DNA of 64,000 nt from contig WELB01000028.1 in NCBI GenBank assembly GCA_009602725.1, positions 523,972-587,971 of the forward strand. The letters run 5' to 3'. Positions 12,022-26,800 of the stretch are shown here, piece after piece. Under the pieces are notes generated by a model. It saw only the letters and a program-made list of their open reading frames with translations. It did not search any database and had not been told where the DNA came from. Positions within the stretch are counted from its first letter, which is position 1. Each line of letters opens with the position of its first letter. Position numbers and translations under genes: made by a program. This DNA is from Spirogloea muscicola (taxonomy: Eukaryota).

Positions 12022-15000
12022 ATGCTGGCCTACCGAGCGCAAGGCGGCGGAGCCGACCTGGCCCTGCCGGCCGGATATGGACCAGGTACGTGCTGGCCGA
12101 CGCCCAAGCTCCCCACTTTTCCCGCCGGCTCGCCCGCCGCCGTGGCCGCCGGTGGCCGTGTGCCGCCAGCGGGCCAGCGCCGTCGCCTGCGGCGGCATAG
12201 CATTAGGGCAGAGCCCGGCCACCGTCTGCAGCGTCTGCAGCCTCTGATCNGGGGCCTCCGCAGCAGGGCTCGGCGATGCCCGGCCCTCCCCGCGGCGGCG
12301 GCGGCGGCAGCGGCGGCGGGGTACAGCCGCCGCCGGCTTTCGGAGCCAGGTTTGCCGGCCCACCGGCGGCGGAGATGCAGCACATGTCGCTGGGATCGGC
12401 GGGCGGCCCGGGGCCGCCGCCGCCAGCGACTGGGCCGTCGCCGACGTCCTGGGGGGCTCCTCCTCCCGGCACCGTGGTGGGGACGGCTCAGCGGCGTGTG
12501 TACCCCGAGGCGTACGCAGCTCAGGTCAGCTGTCAGCGCCAGCAGCATCGTGGCCGTCGCTGGGAGGCAGCAAGCTTGCCCTCGGCCGCTTCTTGCTGCT
12601 CGTGGCCCTGGCCGCGAGGCTGATGTCGGGGTTGGTAGGGCCGCTGCTGGCTTTGATTCGTTCTCAGTCTGTAGAGTGCTCTAAGTGCATCTACTGAGTG
12701 CTCTAATTGCAACTATCAAATAGTTTGAGACTTTGCTGGTAAGCCCTGCATCAATGTGCATTGCCAATCACTGCCGTGGCAGCGGCTGCTGTTGCGCCCC
12801 ATGTAGCCTGAGGACGGCCTTGCCGCCATTGTTTCTGCAGAGGCAGGGCGGGCCCGCCCCAGGGCAGGGTATGCCGCCGCCGCTGCTCCCGGGCATGCCC
12901 CACGTCGCCTCGCCCCACAGTCCGAATGAAGGCGGTGGCAATCGCATCGACCCCACGCAGATGCCGCGGCCTACGGCGTCAGACTCTGTGCTGGTCTTCG
13001 AGACACGAGTGGCCGGCGCTGCCAACCTCCCCCCCGTAAGTGCATCTCGCTACTCCCTGTCCAAGTCCTTGCTCGCCGCTTTTCAGCAAGGAGCTCGAAA
13101 GCCCGCTACTGTGCCCAAGTGCAGAGCATGGCTGGACCTTGAACAGAAGCACAAGGGCGCACTCCTGTATCCTGCTTGTGGCCCTGGCGGTGTAGTGGCT
13201 CTTGCTGCATGTTCATCCTTGCAGCAAGCTCTCTGATATGTAACAAATCTGCCTGCCCATCATGCCCGATCAGCCGGCCACAACATCATTCGTGGTCCGG
13301 GACACTGGCAACTGCAGCCCGCGCATGATGCGCTGCACTCTCAACCAGGTGCGCAAGAGAATTCACAACCTTTCGAGACTTACTGCGAGCTCTTGCCAGG
13401 CATTCTAGGCGTATCTTAATGGCTGCTGCCACTCACAAGTGACCCTTGCTTGCCCATCTCTGGACAGCTCCCAGGGTCAGCCGACCTCCATGCAACGTCC
13501 TCCATGCCGCTCGCATTGCTGGTGCAGCCCCTGGCGCTGCAGGACCCTAAGGAAGATCCTGTCCCGGTAAGGCCCTGCTCGTCTCCGCTGACGTATTGTG
13601 CTTGCTCTGACATGTCCGGAGCCGTTGACGTGCAATGCTATATCAACTCTCTGCCTGGACCCTAGACCCTAGATCGACCTCCCAACCAGCCTAAATAGCT
13701 GGAAGCCCGCACGTCAATATGTTGGCGAAATTGTTGCGCAGGCTGACATGTTTAGATCCATGCTTCTTGTTCCTCACGGTTGTGCTAATTGGCACACGTT
13801 GGGCAGGTGGTGGACTTTGGTGAGTCTGGGCCGGTCCGCTGCCAGCGGTGCAAGGCGTACATCAACCCGTTCATGCGATTCGTAGACCAGGGCCACCGCT
13901 TCATCTGCAACCTCTGCAGTCAGCACCTCTCTTCCCTCTGCCCTCAAGCTTTGCACCTCGCTGCCTTTGTGGAGGCCAAGAAGACCTCGATTTTCCAGCC
14001 TGTACTTCCATGTGATCAAGCAGAAGCTGAGGCGTGCTTGTGGTGACCCGCACTCACTCACCTTGTACAGGTCACTCTAATGAGACCCCTCGGGATTACA
14101 TGTGCAACCTTGGGCCGGACGGACGGCGTCGCGACGCTGATGAGAGGCCCGAGTTGTCGCGGGGCTCTGTCGAATTCGTCGCCCCGACCGAGTTCATTGT
14201 AAGTGGGTCCTTGTAGCAGGGCCATCTTTGAGGAACATCTTGATTAGGTGTTTGAGTTTGCTGCCGAGCTGGTCTACAGCAAGATATGGGAGATGCCAGT
14301 GACTGTGCATTTGCTTTGAGACGCAATTTGCAAGATTTTCAGTCTTGTCTGTATGGTGGCACCTCCTGTCTCACTGGGAAGCTGTATGTAGCTGTACAAC
14401 GTCAGACTGTCTGACTACTGTCTTTCTCTGACAGGTGCGGCCCCCTATGCCGCCAGTGTACTTTTTCCTGGTGGACGTTTCTGCCAATGCCGTCCAGATT
14501 GGCGCGACTGCCTCGGCCTGCAGCGCCATCTCTCAAGTTCTCTCGGCGCTGCCGGTGAGGCCACCTTTTCCTGTTCATATTCAACCCTGTGTACATGCCC
14601 TTGTATCGTCTAGCAGTCCGCGTGTGTGTGTAAGTATTGCTTCAGCTTGCCTGTTGTCACAGACAGCTCTATTCACAACTCCAGTAATAGCAACCACGTA
14701 CATCTGTAAGCTTGCGATAGTTTGGATGTTGGACCCTGTGCTCGGTGTTGACTTCACTGTCATTGGTTCACTTGGTGTTGCATCAAATCCTGTGTGATTG
14801 CATCTAAACAACTGAAGAGCTCGTCATTGTCTTTCTCGTGCCACTCTTTATGTGATACTGCTGGTCACTTGTGGTTGCAGGAAGGGGACCGGACTCATGT
14901 TGCCTTTGCTACATTTGACAGCACAATACACTTCTATAACCTGAATCCTTCTCTTCAGCAGGTAACATCATAACACTGTTTTTGCAGTTGTGCATCAAGT

Positions 15001-18000
15001 TGTGCATTGCAGTTCTGGTAAGAAGACTGCTTGCCACTCATGTAGCACATGGGCCTCAAGGCTTGCCACTGGCATACTTGTGGGCACTCATCTCAACTCA
15101 TTTTCAAACAGATTAGTGTACGTCTCTGGTTGCTTCTAATGGTTGGTCAATCATTGTTGACCTTTGATTATGCAGCCGTCAATGCTCGTGGTACCTGATA
15201 TTCAAGATCCATATACACCGCTACCCTCCGATGTTGTCGTGCCCCTGCTCAAGGTAGGTTGTACCAATGTTTCATGTTCTTAGCATGATATTGCAGTGGA
15301 GGTTCATTGTGTCTGCCGCAAATGCTGGCTGCCACTCCATGCATCTTCGTCCTTCTTGACTTTCTTGTGAGGCTTGATCCTGGGCGTTCTCAACAATCGC
15401 ACCTAATCCAGTCTGCAAAGCGGATATGAATCTAGTACAAGTGATTGCAATACTAAACGCATCCGCTACACAACAACAGTGTCGAGCAAATCTGGAGCAA
15501 TTGCTAGAGAATGTCCCCAACATGTTCCAGGCTGCTCGTGTGGCTGATTCCGCATTTGGTGCAGCTGTGAAAGTGAGTTTCCACTTAGGTTCGATCATTG
15601 CTGCTTTCATCTGCAACTTTCATTGAACAATTAAGGAAGTTGGTTGCATGCGAGGTTGCATCACAGTCCAGCGAAGGCATCGTAATTCACTAGAGATGGA
15701 AGAAAGTATAAGTGCAAATTTACTCGCAGCCCATAATGTAGCTTTCTGTGAGCAGGAAAGGTCAAACTTGGTCAACCATTGTGCTCCACTGCTTGCAGGC
15801 TGCATATCTTGCGATGAAGTCCACAGGTGGCAAGCTCCTTGTGTTCCAGTCTGGTAATGTCACCATACTACACATTCAGCACAATCTTTCCAGCATAGCA
15901 TCGTCCTATAGGACGTTAACCTTGATTCAAGAAGTCAATGTATGCAGAAATTTTCATCAGAAGAGGGTTGCGCATTGGCTATAGTGAGCAGCTACAGGAA
16001 GACAGTAGCTTCTGGGCCTTGGCCAGACACTCACGACAATGTCTGATACTGCCATCTGAGCCTCGTGCAGCATTGCCATCTGTGGGCTTTGGGTCGTTGA
16101 TTGGCAGAGAAGCTGAGGGCAGGACTGGCAGTGTCATGAATGAGAAGGTACTGGCTGCATCCTTGATATCCATTCATCATATGTGATCTTTCGCTTCTCT
16201 ATCTCTGGAAGGTGATGTTAGTGCATAAGTAAGCTATACAAGGACTAGTACAACTGCACATCTCCTGTGCAATGAGAGATTCGCATGCAGTCAATAGTAC
16301 TGCTCTTCGGTGAAGTTGATTGTACATTTCCAATGATAAGGTATTGCTATGTCATTGTCATTCTTTCAAATCCATAAGCCAACAGTGGGGATCAACATGT
16401 TGAGGCCTTGACTTTTTGCATTCTGTTGTATGCTCACAGGAGGCACATAAGATGCTGTCACCTGCTGACAAGACTTTCAAGACTCTGGCATTTGAGCTGG
16501 CGGAATTTCAGGTAAGCATCTTCCTTCTGAAGATAGTCTTGACTTCCAACTAGCCAATGTGGTTGCAGCATGATATATTAACGTACTTTGTCTCTCCTTT
16601 GGCTTGGGAATGCACTGGTCATCAACCATAGTCTGCAGCATACATGACCAGAGAAAGGACTCCTCCCCACCCCAATAGGCCCACAGCCCCCCAAATGTTT
16701 CTCACTGTCAATTTGAGAATTCCCTCCTTGCTGCCTTCCGCCCTCCTTATTTTCCCCTTGCTTCTACCCTCTCTCACCTTCTTTGCTCTCCATTGTAACT
16801 TCCTTTCCCAACTTCCCCCCCTCACTGGGGGTCTGTCGTGCCTTGTCCTGTACTGAAGCAAAATGCAGATGCCTGCCTTGACTTGTGATGTTCCAGGTCT
16901 CTGTTGACCTCTTTCTGATGACTCAGTCATTTGTGGACATTGCTTCGCAAGCTTCTGTACCCAGAACGACCGGTGGGCAGGTACTGGTGCTATTCACATT
17001 CATTCCCAGTGTCTTCGTAATCAAGAAGGCGCACTGGGATACACTTTTGCCATGAGAAGCACACAGCCCTGATAGATAGAACATTTCCACTTCTAGCATG
17101 TTCATAATCACCCCATGCTAGCGTCAACTTGATTGAATTAAGTGGTGATTCGGTTTGCTTGGAATATGTGCTACTTTTATCTTGAAACGTGAGTGGTGCT
17201 TGATAGCAACTGATAAGTTGCTATCCCCGCTATCCCCGCACCTGGCACTACTGCCAATGTGTCAAGTAATCTGTCTATGTGGTGCTCTTTGGGGCGCCTC
17301 TGCACGGACAGAGGTCCTAGAAGCACAGCTGCAGCCATCCTGTAGCAAAGCAATGTCCGTCTTTTCAAGAGAGGTAAACTCGGAGCAATGCCTAAAAGCT
17401 GAGGGCTAGCAGTCGTTGTCCTGCAGGTCTATTACTACTTCCCTTTCCATGCTGGCGTAGACAGCGCGAAGGTGTTCAATGACCTGAGATGGAATGTCTG
17501 CCGGCCCCAGGGCTTTGAAGCCATCATGCGAGTCCGATGCTCTGCTGTACGTATCTACAATTTTATGTTTGTAACAGTAGCTCTAGCACTTTGCTTGATG
17601 TGCGTGCGGTGCTCACTGAGCCTACGCGTCAGATTGTCACTGCAAAGTTTGCAAATGCAGGTGCACAGCAACAGAGTTCCATCTCAAAATTTGACTAAGC
17701 ATTTGGGTTGCTTGTTGGTGCAGGGTTTGCAAGTGGTTGACTACTTCGGCAGCTTCTGCAAGCGAATCCCCACGGACATTGATCTCCCTGCTGTAAGAGT
17801 CACATTGTTCTTAGCTGAGCTTGTGTTAGTTGCACAAAACACTAGTTTTTGTGTTTGACACACTCGTCAACTAGCAGGATGTTCACGTAACGAGCTCATT
17901 GCACGGCTTTGGGAGATGGCAAATATTGCTTCTGAGGCATGTCTACAAGGTTTTGTCTTTGACTTGGATCTGCTCATGACTCCTTAAGAGTATCACAAGC

Positions 18001-20247
18001 ATGCAGCCTTTACTGCTACATCCTTGAAAAGCCTCTTCCTGATTTGCCAGGTTGACTGCGACAAGGCAGTGATGGTCACGTTCAAGCACGACGACAAGTT
18101 CCAGGAGGGCACTGAGGCTTGCTTTCAGGCAAGTCAAGTACTCAGCATTTTGGCTAGTACGTTGATAAGCAGGCCCTTCTTGCAATGCGCGTACATATCA
18201 AGAGCTGCTCAAAATGGTCAGCTCCTGACAATTTGCTGGTCAGTTTGTCGACTTGATGCTCAGGTCCCTTGCTACTCAGTGACACTCATCACATCTGTCT
18301 TTCTCAGAGTGCAACCTTGTACACAACCCTTAGCGGCGAGAAGAGGATCAGGGTGCACACGCTCTCCCTCCCAGTGACAACGGTCTTGGGTCACCTCTTC
18401 CGCGGGGCTGACCTTGACGCGCAGTTCTCCTACTTTCTCAAGCAAGGTTAGCACATCTGTCTGAACTTCCTTCACACAAGCTCAAGCACAGTCAAGATAG
18501 CATGCGACATAAAGGTGAAGCATGCCTACCTACGTCAGAAAAAGCCTGTGCTCACGAGTGTCTCTAGTTCCTTACAACAACACCCTGGATGACTGTGTCG
18601 GCTGTTGTCTTTAATAATATACTTATGTATGCATGTGCTAGCCGCCTTGGATGTCGTCACCACCGGCCTTCCTCAAGTCAAGGACTCGGTCGTCCAGCAC
18701 TGCATAAATATCCTGGCAACCTATCGCAAATTCTGTGCCGCGGCGTCATCTTCCGGCCAGCTCATCCTCCCTGAGGCTCTCAAGCTGCTTCCTCTTTACT
18801 CGCTTGGTACTTGTCACATTAACTCTCGTTGACGGGGTTTTCAAGGATAGCTAGGGAACTAAGAATTTCTTTACTTGCTTTGTCGTTGCTGTGCTGAGAT
18901 GATCAGCTTCGCTAATTATGCAGTGCTCAGCATCTCCGGGGGACCTATTTCGTGTTCTTGATTGCCCTGATAAATTTCCCGTGGCGTACATCTGGCAGCC
19001 CTGACCAAGAGCATAGGATTGCGAAACGAGACGCGGCTTGATGAGCGGTCCTACTGGCTGTCCAAGGTGGCCAGTATAAGTGCGCCTCTAGCTGTGCCTC
19101 TCGTCTACCCCTGCATGTACCCCGTCCACAAGCTTCCTCCCGCTCAGGTCCACCATGCTGCCTCCTAACCAATTATGCCACTTGTTTAGGCGCCTCTGGT
19201 GCTCCCAAGCTCACCTCAAGCAGGCCTTCTTGGGATCAGCATTGCAGCATCCAGCATCCATGGAATCAAGGTTCAAATCTTGTGGGCTTGACTGACTGGT
19301 GAGACCACACCTGTTTATGGGTGCGCAGGAGGGTGTCTCGGTGTTGCCTCCTGTCGTGTCGCTGTCAAGCGAGCACCTTGACCACGAGGGCATGTTCTTG
19401 TTGGAGAACGGTGAGGATGCCTATCTATGGACTGGCAAGGCGGTGCCAGCCGACTTGTTGAAGCAGCTGATTGGATACTCATCTGTTGACGAGATTGCCT
19501 CCAGTCAGGTGAGTCTGGGCACCGCGCTTGCAGGCAGTCCAGCTCACAATGTATACAGTCAGCCTTTGTGGATGGTCCTACGTTCAGCAATGCTTAGCTA
19601 CCATGCGTGCCTTATTGATAGAGATTGGTTTCATCACCACATTCTTGAACGCAGCTCAGATGTCAAGTGCTCATAGCTCTCCTCAAAGCTGATGAAAGGC
19701 TGATAATGTTATCAATTTCCTGCTCTGCAGTTCCTGCTTCGTGAGTTTGACAATCCAGCCAGCAAGCGTTTGAACGAGCTCGTAAATGAAATACGCCGCC
19801 ATAGATGCTCCTACCTCAGGTCAGCTTCAAGTGCTTTGACAGACCAGATGATGTATATATGGCCTGCTGCTGTGATGCCTATTGGTGTTTCTATGTCCCA
19901 GCCTAATGACATCTTGAGGGCATCTAAGCGACCTGGATTTTGAGCAAAGCTATGAGCTTGTGTTGCTGTTGCGCAGTTTATACCTGGTCAAGAAAGGCAA
20001 TGCAAGTGGTGAGCAGCTCTTGACCTTCTGTGCTGTTGTAGTAAGGAAATGCACACATAGACTGCTGTGAGTGTGCACATCCTTCCTCACCATTAATATC
20101 TCAGACTCTGCCTCACCTTTTGATCTCTCAACATCTGCAGAAACACGATTCTTCTCATTCCTCACTGAAGACCGAGGAGCAACGGGGATGTCTTATGTCG
20201 AGTTCCTGGTCAACCTGCACCGACAAATTCAGAACAAGATGACATAG
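12022..20247 (+). CDS. SEC24C: COPII coat protein SEC24, SEC24C/D (plant CEF/SEC24B/C) type; more than 20 exons; start tentative
   Basis: Pro/Gly-rich N-terminus, RIDPTQMPRP, GNCSPRMMRCTLNQ, zinc finger RCQRCKAYINPF...ICNLC, RPELSRGSVEFVAPTEF, PPVYFFLVDVS, GFEAIMRVRCS, GEKRIRVHTLSL, GQLILPEALKLLPLY and C-terminal SYVEFLVNLHRQIQNKMT*. Confidence 0.93.
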
Positions 20248-20725
20248 CCATTGAGGATAGGTCAAGCAGCTGGTCACTGAATTGAGTTAGCCATAACGAG
20301 ACATGTCTTAGTCAGGTGGGCCCCTCAATCCATTCTTCGCCCCCACATTTTCTGCCAAAGTCACTGTTGTTGGGGAGATTAAGATGGACCGCATCGGTCT
20401 TTCTTTTTGAGAGAACTGCTGCAACCTCAAAGGCGACTGGGTTTGCTGGGTAAGTTTGAAAGCGGCACTTGCTTTTGGTCATCGCAATCATGTGGTGGCT
20501 GTCAAGAAAAGCAGCGGCAAAGAAACCTGCACGGGCGAGCTCTGCATCTTGTACACATGCAAGTTCCGTTGATCTAGCAATTGATACAGAACTGACTCAT
20601 AGTCTTGCATGGGCCAGCAATTTGCTCATCATTGAATGGGAGAAGTGAAATTTGTACAGAAGAAGGTTGGCAGGACACGACAGATTGTTGAAATGGGTAA
20701 CGAGCTTGCATCTGTGAGACCTCAG

Positions 20726-22922
20726 TCAAGTCATCTGGACTGTATCATCTTTCTGCTCTAGAAGGCCTCGTATCTTCACATCGTACAATACCTCCTCTAC
20801 TCTCTTCAAGTCGTACTTCAATCCTACAGCATTTGCAAAGACAAGCAGAGAAGGAAATAAATGTTCAGATCAAAGGAGGACTGCATATAGCATAGCAGCC
20901 GAAAAGACAGCGTGCATTGGTGAGATTGATGTGTCAGTATGCCACAAGACTTCATGCTCATGAGCTCCAATGGCAGACTAGGGATCTGCATTCAACAATG
21001 CCCCAGGATATTTCCGCAGCTTCCATTCAAGCTAAAGCATGTCTTGGAGCAGCTCAATTGGCAGCAGGAATGAAGGTCAGTACCATCAAATCGTTTTCGA
21101 AGGAAGTCATTGCGGAGGTTGAGGAGGCGGAATGCTGCAAAGAGCTCGCTCAGGAAGGATGAGACACGTCTGGGGCAGTCGTAGTCACCAGCTGTCACCT
21201 GGTTGACCACATACCTTGGCTGCAACAAGTCGAGGTATACGTAAGGAACCTCGCAGGATCACATATCCGCAGCAGCTGCGGTTGTTACATGTCCATACCT
21301 AGCCAGAGTGCAAGGGTGTGGGATGACAACGTTCTTTGAGCGAAGATCAGACCATCAAACTTTGACTACTATTTCCTTTGGTGCAGCTGCTTATGTCTCC
21401 AGACACAAATCTAGTGCTGCTTCAGCAACACGACATTCTCGAGGACTTGCAGGTGAATATAAAGCGTGGCGGACTGTGGGCAACAAGTGGCATGAACAAG
21501 AACCCCTGGCCCCTGGGATAGACCGCCTGCTGACCATCTCATTGGAGACGCTGCAGACACCTGCACATTCGCAGCCAGAGCACAGAGGTATGGAGCTTAA
21601 TGCCTGTAACAAATACCACAAAGAGCCAGCCATGCTTTTTGCAATTGTCGCGAGCATTTATGCTGTTTTCATCTATCTCCAAGTGGCGGATGAGGGTTCG
21701 ACTTGCAAGAGTCAGGTTCCAATGCGTGAGTACCAAGCAGGTAGTCTTCCAAGTCCAAGGGAAACTCTGGAGTCACTGCCACATGGGGCTTCAGAGCCCG
21801 TCACAGAGCACGAGAGCACATAAGAAGAAGGCTCCCAGCTCGCACATCAAGCACGCTTAATAATATCCTCATTAGAGCTTAGGCCTGGATCAGATCAATG
21901 AACCAGAAATTCCACGTGCAATCTCGTGATGTGCAGGTCTTTGGCGGCGCTCACATCCCAGACGCTCCTGCAGCTCCTGGTGTGAGTGGAGGGACCCCGT
22001 GCGGAGCCAGCCGATGAACGCCAGCAAGAAGACGGCCGTCTGCGTCTGGTGCCTCCAGTGGTCGTGGTATCTGTGATGACGCCGGTTGCCCAACGTCAGC
22101 GCTTGTGAAGCCTAGCGCAGCTATGCTCGTCTCGCTGTCTCGGTCCTGCGCCCGGCAAGCTCGGCAGAGCTTCTGGGCGCTGCTGGCGGTGGCATCCGCC
22201 ACGGCGGTCATGACAAGAGCTTTCGTCGTGCGCTGGCCCAGAGGCTGAGCACAGCTCTGCCAGCTCTCGCTGCGACGGCCTGAGACCGCAGCTTCGAGAC
22301 GGGGGCCGGCGGCATGGCCGCTCTCTCGGTGCAGCGACGTCAACGGGCTTGCTCACAGCGCGGGAGCTCGGCAGCAGCCAGCATCGGACCTGTAGAATTG
22401 GCCAGGGCGGTCAGCCATGATGGCGGCCAGCTCGGCGTAGACGCCGCGCAGCTCCGGCAGGTGGGCCTCGGCGCGCTCCAGCGCCTGCGCGGCTGCCAGC
22501 GCCGCCGCCGCGGCCGTCAGCGGCGGCGGCCGCCTATCGCGCATCGTAGGTTTGGGCCAGGAGGCCGAGGCCGAGGCCGAGGCCAAGCTTCTGCGAAGCT
22601 CCGCGGAGAAGCCATGGCTGGTGGGCGGCCCTCCACTCCATGGACTGGACTCGATGCTCCACCTAAACCCCAAACCCTGGACCAGCGACGTGCCGAGGGA
22701 TTGCAGGCGGGGAGCGGGCCCTCCGAGCCGCGGCGCACCGGCGCGCGGCGCGGCGCCGTGGACGGGCAGCAGTGCGGAGTGCATGCGCCGCGCGGCGTCC
22801 TCCAGAGGCGCGACCGCGTCGCGCAGCCGCTCCTTCACGGCGCTCGCCGCCTCCAGCTGCGCCCGGAACGACGCGAACAGCGCCGCGATTTCGTCGTCGC
22901 CGACGCCGCCGGGCGTCGCCAT
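20726..22922 (-). CDS. TSN: Translin (non-catalytic C3PO subunit), 7 exons
   Basis: Spliced: MATPGG...LFASFRAQLEAASAVKERLR...LLPVH|...PGQFYR|YHDHWRHQTQTAVFLLAFIGWL..G.L|LDLEDYLLG|VCSVSNEM|PRYVVNQVTAGDYDCPRRV..FL..L..AFRLLNLRNDFLRKRFDG|LKYDLKRVEEVLYDVKIRGL. These are classic translin motifs. Confidence 0.95.
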
Positions 22923-23243
22923 GGCGGAGGCTGGCCCTGCCGCCGCCGCCACCGCCGCCGCCGTCGCCGCCGCAGGTCGCGCCACAATATGCCCCGCGGG
23001 TTGGGGGCTGGGGTTCAGCTGGCGGCAGCCATGGCGGACTCCCGTGGCAGCATGGGAGAGAGGTTCTAATGCCTGCTAACAGTGGGCTGTTAGCTCCATC
23101 ACGACCAGAAGCGCCGGTTAGCTGCTCGAAACACTGCAGCCTGGCCGCCGCTTAGCCTTCGCTAACCGCCGGTTTGCAGAGCCACGGTCAGGCAGGTCCC
23201 GCGCAGTGCCGCCGCTGCCGCCGTCGCCGCCGCCGCCGCCGCC

Positions 23244-23367
<124 letters not shown>

Positions 23368-23867
23368 NNNNNNNNNNNNNNNNNNNNNNNNNNNNNNNNN
23401 NNNNNNNNNNNNNNNNNNNNNNNNNNNNNNNNNNNNNNNNNNNNNNNNNNNNNNNNNNNNNNNNNNNNNNNNNNNNNNNNNNNNNNNNNNNNNNNNNNNN
23501 NNNNNNNNNNNNNNNNNNNNNNNNNNNNNNNNNNNNNNNNNNNNNNNNNNNNNNNNNNNNNNNNNNNNNNNNNNNNNNNNNNNNNNNNNNNNNNNNNNNN
23601 NNNNNNNNNNNNNNNNNNNNNNNNNNNNNNNNNNNNNNNNNNNNNNNNNNNNNNNNNNNNNNNNNNNNNNNNNNNNNNNNNNNNNNNNNNNNNNNNNNNN
23701 NNNNNNNNNNNNNNNNNNNNNNNNNNNNNNNNNNNNNNNNNNNNNNNNNNNNNNNNNNNNNNNNNNNNNNNNNNNNNNNNNNNNNNNNNNNNNNNNNNNN
23801 NNNNNNNNNNNNNNNNNNNNNNNNNNNNNNNNNNNNNNNNNNNNNNNNNNNNNNNNNNNNNNNNNNN
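23368..23867. other. Assembly gap (N run) preceded by a 122-nt A run
   Basis: Ns seen directly; the A run spans 23246-23367. Confidence 0.99.
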
Positions 23868-26800
23868 CCTGCCAGCGCCGGTGGCACCCTCGGCCAGCCG
23901 CTGGCGAGGCCCTCGGTGGCGCCACCCACCGCCGGGCTCTCCTCCCCCACCGCCGCAGCCGGCGGCAGACTGGCATACCCTCCCGGCCCGCCACCGCAGC
24001 AGCCGCCGCCAACGCAGGTCATGCATGCCGGCGGCGGCCCTCGGCCCTTCGCTGTCGGCGGGCCCCCGGCCTTCGGCTCTGTGCGAGCCAGCGCCCCGGC
24101 GTACGCCGCGGGTGCGCCGCCACTGTACCAGGGCAGCATGGACCCCAGCGCTGCGGTGCGGCAGCCGCTGCTCGACGGCCACGGGCCCGCGCCGCCGCCT
24201 CTGGGGGGCCAGTACCCTGCAGCGGGTGCCTACGACGCAGCGGCGGACGATGGCTGCCAGTTCCTGGAGGTGGTGCCGTCGCCGGGCTCGGCCGCTGGGG
24301 GGCTGAACGTCTTCGCCCTGCCCCGGCCGACCGACAGCCCGGACGTCGCGCCGAGCACGGGCGCCGCCAACTGCGACGCCCGCTTCGTGCGCATGACCAC
24401 CAACGTGATGCCCAACTCCGAGAGCCTCCGGCGGCGGTGGCAACCCCCGCTTGGCGCAGTGATCCACCCCCTCGCCAAGATGCCAACTGGGGTACGCTCC
24501 TCCTCCTCCTCTCTGCTCTGCGCATGCAGTCGCTGTCATCCACGACTCGCTGGCACTGATGGAGGAGGAGAGAATGGTGCATGCCTTGGATACCTGCTGC
24601 GATGGCTCTGTCAAGCTTACGAACGCCCATAAATGTCTGTGCACGCCTGCTGGCTTTCGAGAGCAGAAGTTCAGGGGGTTCACAATGGACACCCAGCTTC
24701 TTGGAGATTTTGGGTTTTGCTGGTGGTGCTGTTGGGGAGGGCTTTGCCAGGTTCAGGATGCTCGTTCGAAGGCTTTGGAGTACAGGTCCTGAGGGCTACT
24801 GCGGTGAAGCTGCTGCCCACAAGCTGTCCTTTGTTGTTCTGTTTCACTAGGAGGACGTCCCGGTGGCGAATCCAGGAGGAGGCGGCATCGTCCGCTGCCG
24901 CCGGTGCAGGACATACGTCAACCCCTACGTAGAGTTCACCGACGCCGGGCGCCGCTGGAAGTGCAACGTCTGCGGGCTCCTCAACGAGGGTGAGAGCTGC
25001 TCCCTGTCTGTAGTGCTCCGCATTGTCACCTTGTGTAGTGCTCCGTGCCTTGGCTTTTGTAGCAGTCAGTCATTTGAATCAAGAGCGCCGTACTTGGTGT
25101 CGAACTTGCATTGGCTTGCCTTCTTTGTATGAAGAGAGAGGCGATCAGACAATATCCTGTCTCCAAGATGTCTGCTCCATCCTGATGTCAGCCCGTATCG
25201 CACGACGTGGGCGTGCACTCCTGAGGCTGGTCAAATATGAAACAATATATTTACAAGTGGTTGGGCTTTTAGGTGGCGACCAACTCAGACATATTACGGT
25301 AGGACTTAGAGCATCAAAGCCCCTGGACCTGTTAACAGCATCTCAATTAAAATTCTGATAGTAATGCGCAATGTTGATCAGTGCCGGCGGACTATTTCTG
25401 TCCATTGGATCCTTCCGGACGAAGGAGGGACGCGGAGGAGCGGCCGGAGTTGGCCAAAGGCAGCGTGGAGTTCATTGCCTCTGCCGAGTACATGGTCCGG
25501 CCACCAATGCCTCCCGTATACTTCTTCCTCATTGACGTCTCCTTCTTCTCGATATTTTCCGGCATGCTGCAGGTACTGCTTCCCACCACATCAATCTGTT
25601 TCTCTACCATGCAGCACGTATTGCTCCTGTGCTTGATTTTATATATCAGCAGGGCCACAAGTCAATCTGGATGTTGAGTGCTGTGCATGCTGCAGAGCTG
25701 TCTTTTGAAGAGTCAGGGGTGTGGGATGTAGAGCTGGCAAGTAGCTTGCAGTACAGGATAGCATATCGATAAGATTGCACTTTTCAAGTATCCCAGACAG
25801 ATGAACTCATTCTCTTCATATGTGGTGACTGTTCTGGCATCAATCTGTGTTGAATGGATGTGTAGGTGACTGTGGACACGATCAAGGCCTGCCTCAAAAA
25901 ACTTCCTGGAGACTCCAGGACGCAGATTGGCTTCCTCGCGGTGGACTCCTCCCTCCATTTCTTCAACCTCAAGGCCTCCCTCAGCCAGCCCCAGCTCATG
26001 GTCGTGGCGGACCTTGAGGAGCCCTTCCTGCCGCTACCAGACGACCTCCTGGTCAATCTGTCGGAGTCGCAGGGTGTGGTGGAATCACTGCTGGACTTGA
26101 TGCCAGCTATCTATGCTGCAAACACCAATCCTGACTCGGCACTGGGACCCGCCATCAAGGCAGCTTACCTGATTCTGGTGTGAGATACAGTCCTGCAATG
26201 TGTGCCACACTCAATCAGCTCAGCATCACTGAGAGTACTTTATCATTTCTCCCATTGTTGATGAATTTTATGTCTAACAAATACTTCATGCATGCCTGAC
26301 CTCAGCATTTGTACTTGGCTTCCGTATTTTTCAGAATCAGCTGGGTGGCAAGTTGATGATATTCCAGAGCACGCTGCCTTCGTTGGGGCCTGGCCGACTG
26401 AAGCTTCGGGGCGAGGATGCACGCGTCTATGGGACTGACAGGGAGCACATCCTCAGAACAGCGGAGGATCCGTTCTACAAGCAGATGGCTGCAGACCTCT
26501 CGCGAGTCCAAATCTGCGTCGACGTTTTTGCCTTCTCCGACCACTATACTGACATTGCCAGTCTTGGTGAGGTGCAAACAAGCAGAAAGCAGGTCGAACT
26601 TGCTCGTGCAAATGAACATCGCAAGCTTGCTCAATTACTTATTCATGTGATCTCTGAGACAAATTACATTCTATGTCGTGATCACAGTCATGTGAACTCA
26701 GTGTTGCTAAACGTGTACGTGCTCTACTGCTTTACCTCAACAGGCACACTGGCAAGATATACAGGCGGGCAAGTCAATCACTACCCTGGTTTCAGGATTG

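Noticed and set aside
11840..12320. (CCG)n runs and single Ns at gene 5' ends (also 30363, 62520)
   Set aside because: Ordinary GC-rich first exons and UTRs where assembly fails; long antisense ORFs there reflect GC content.
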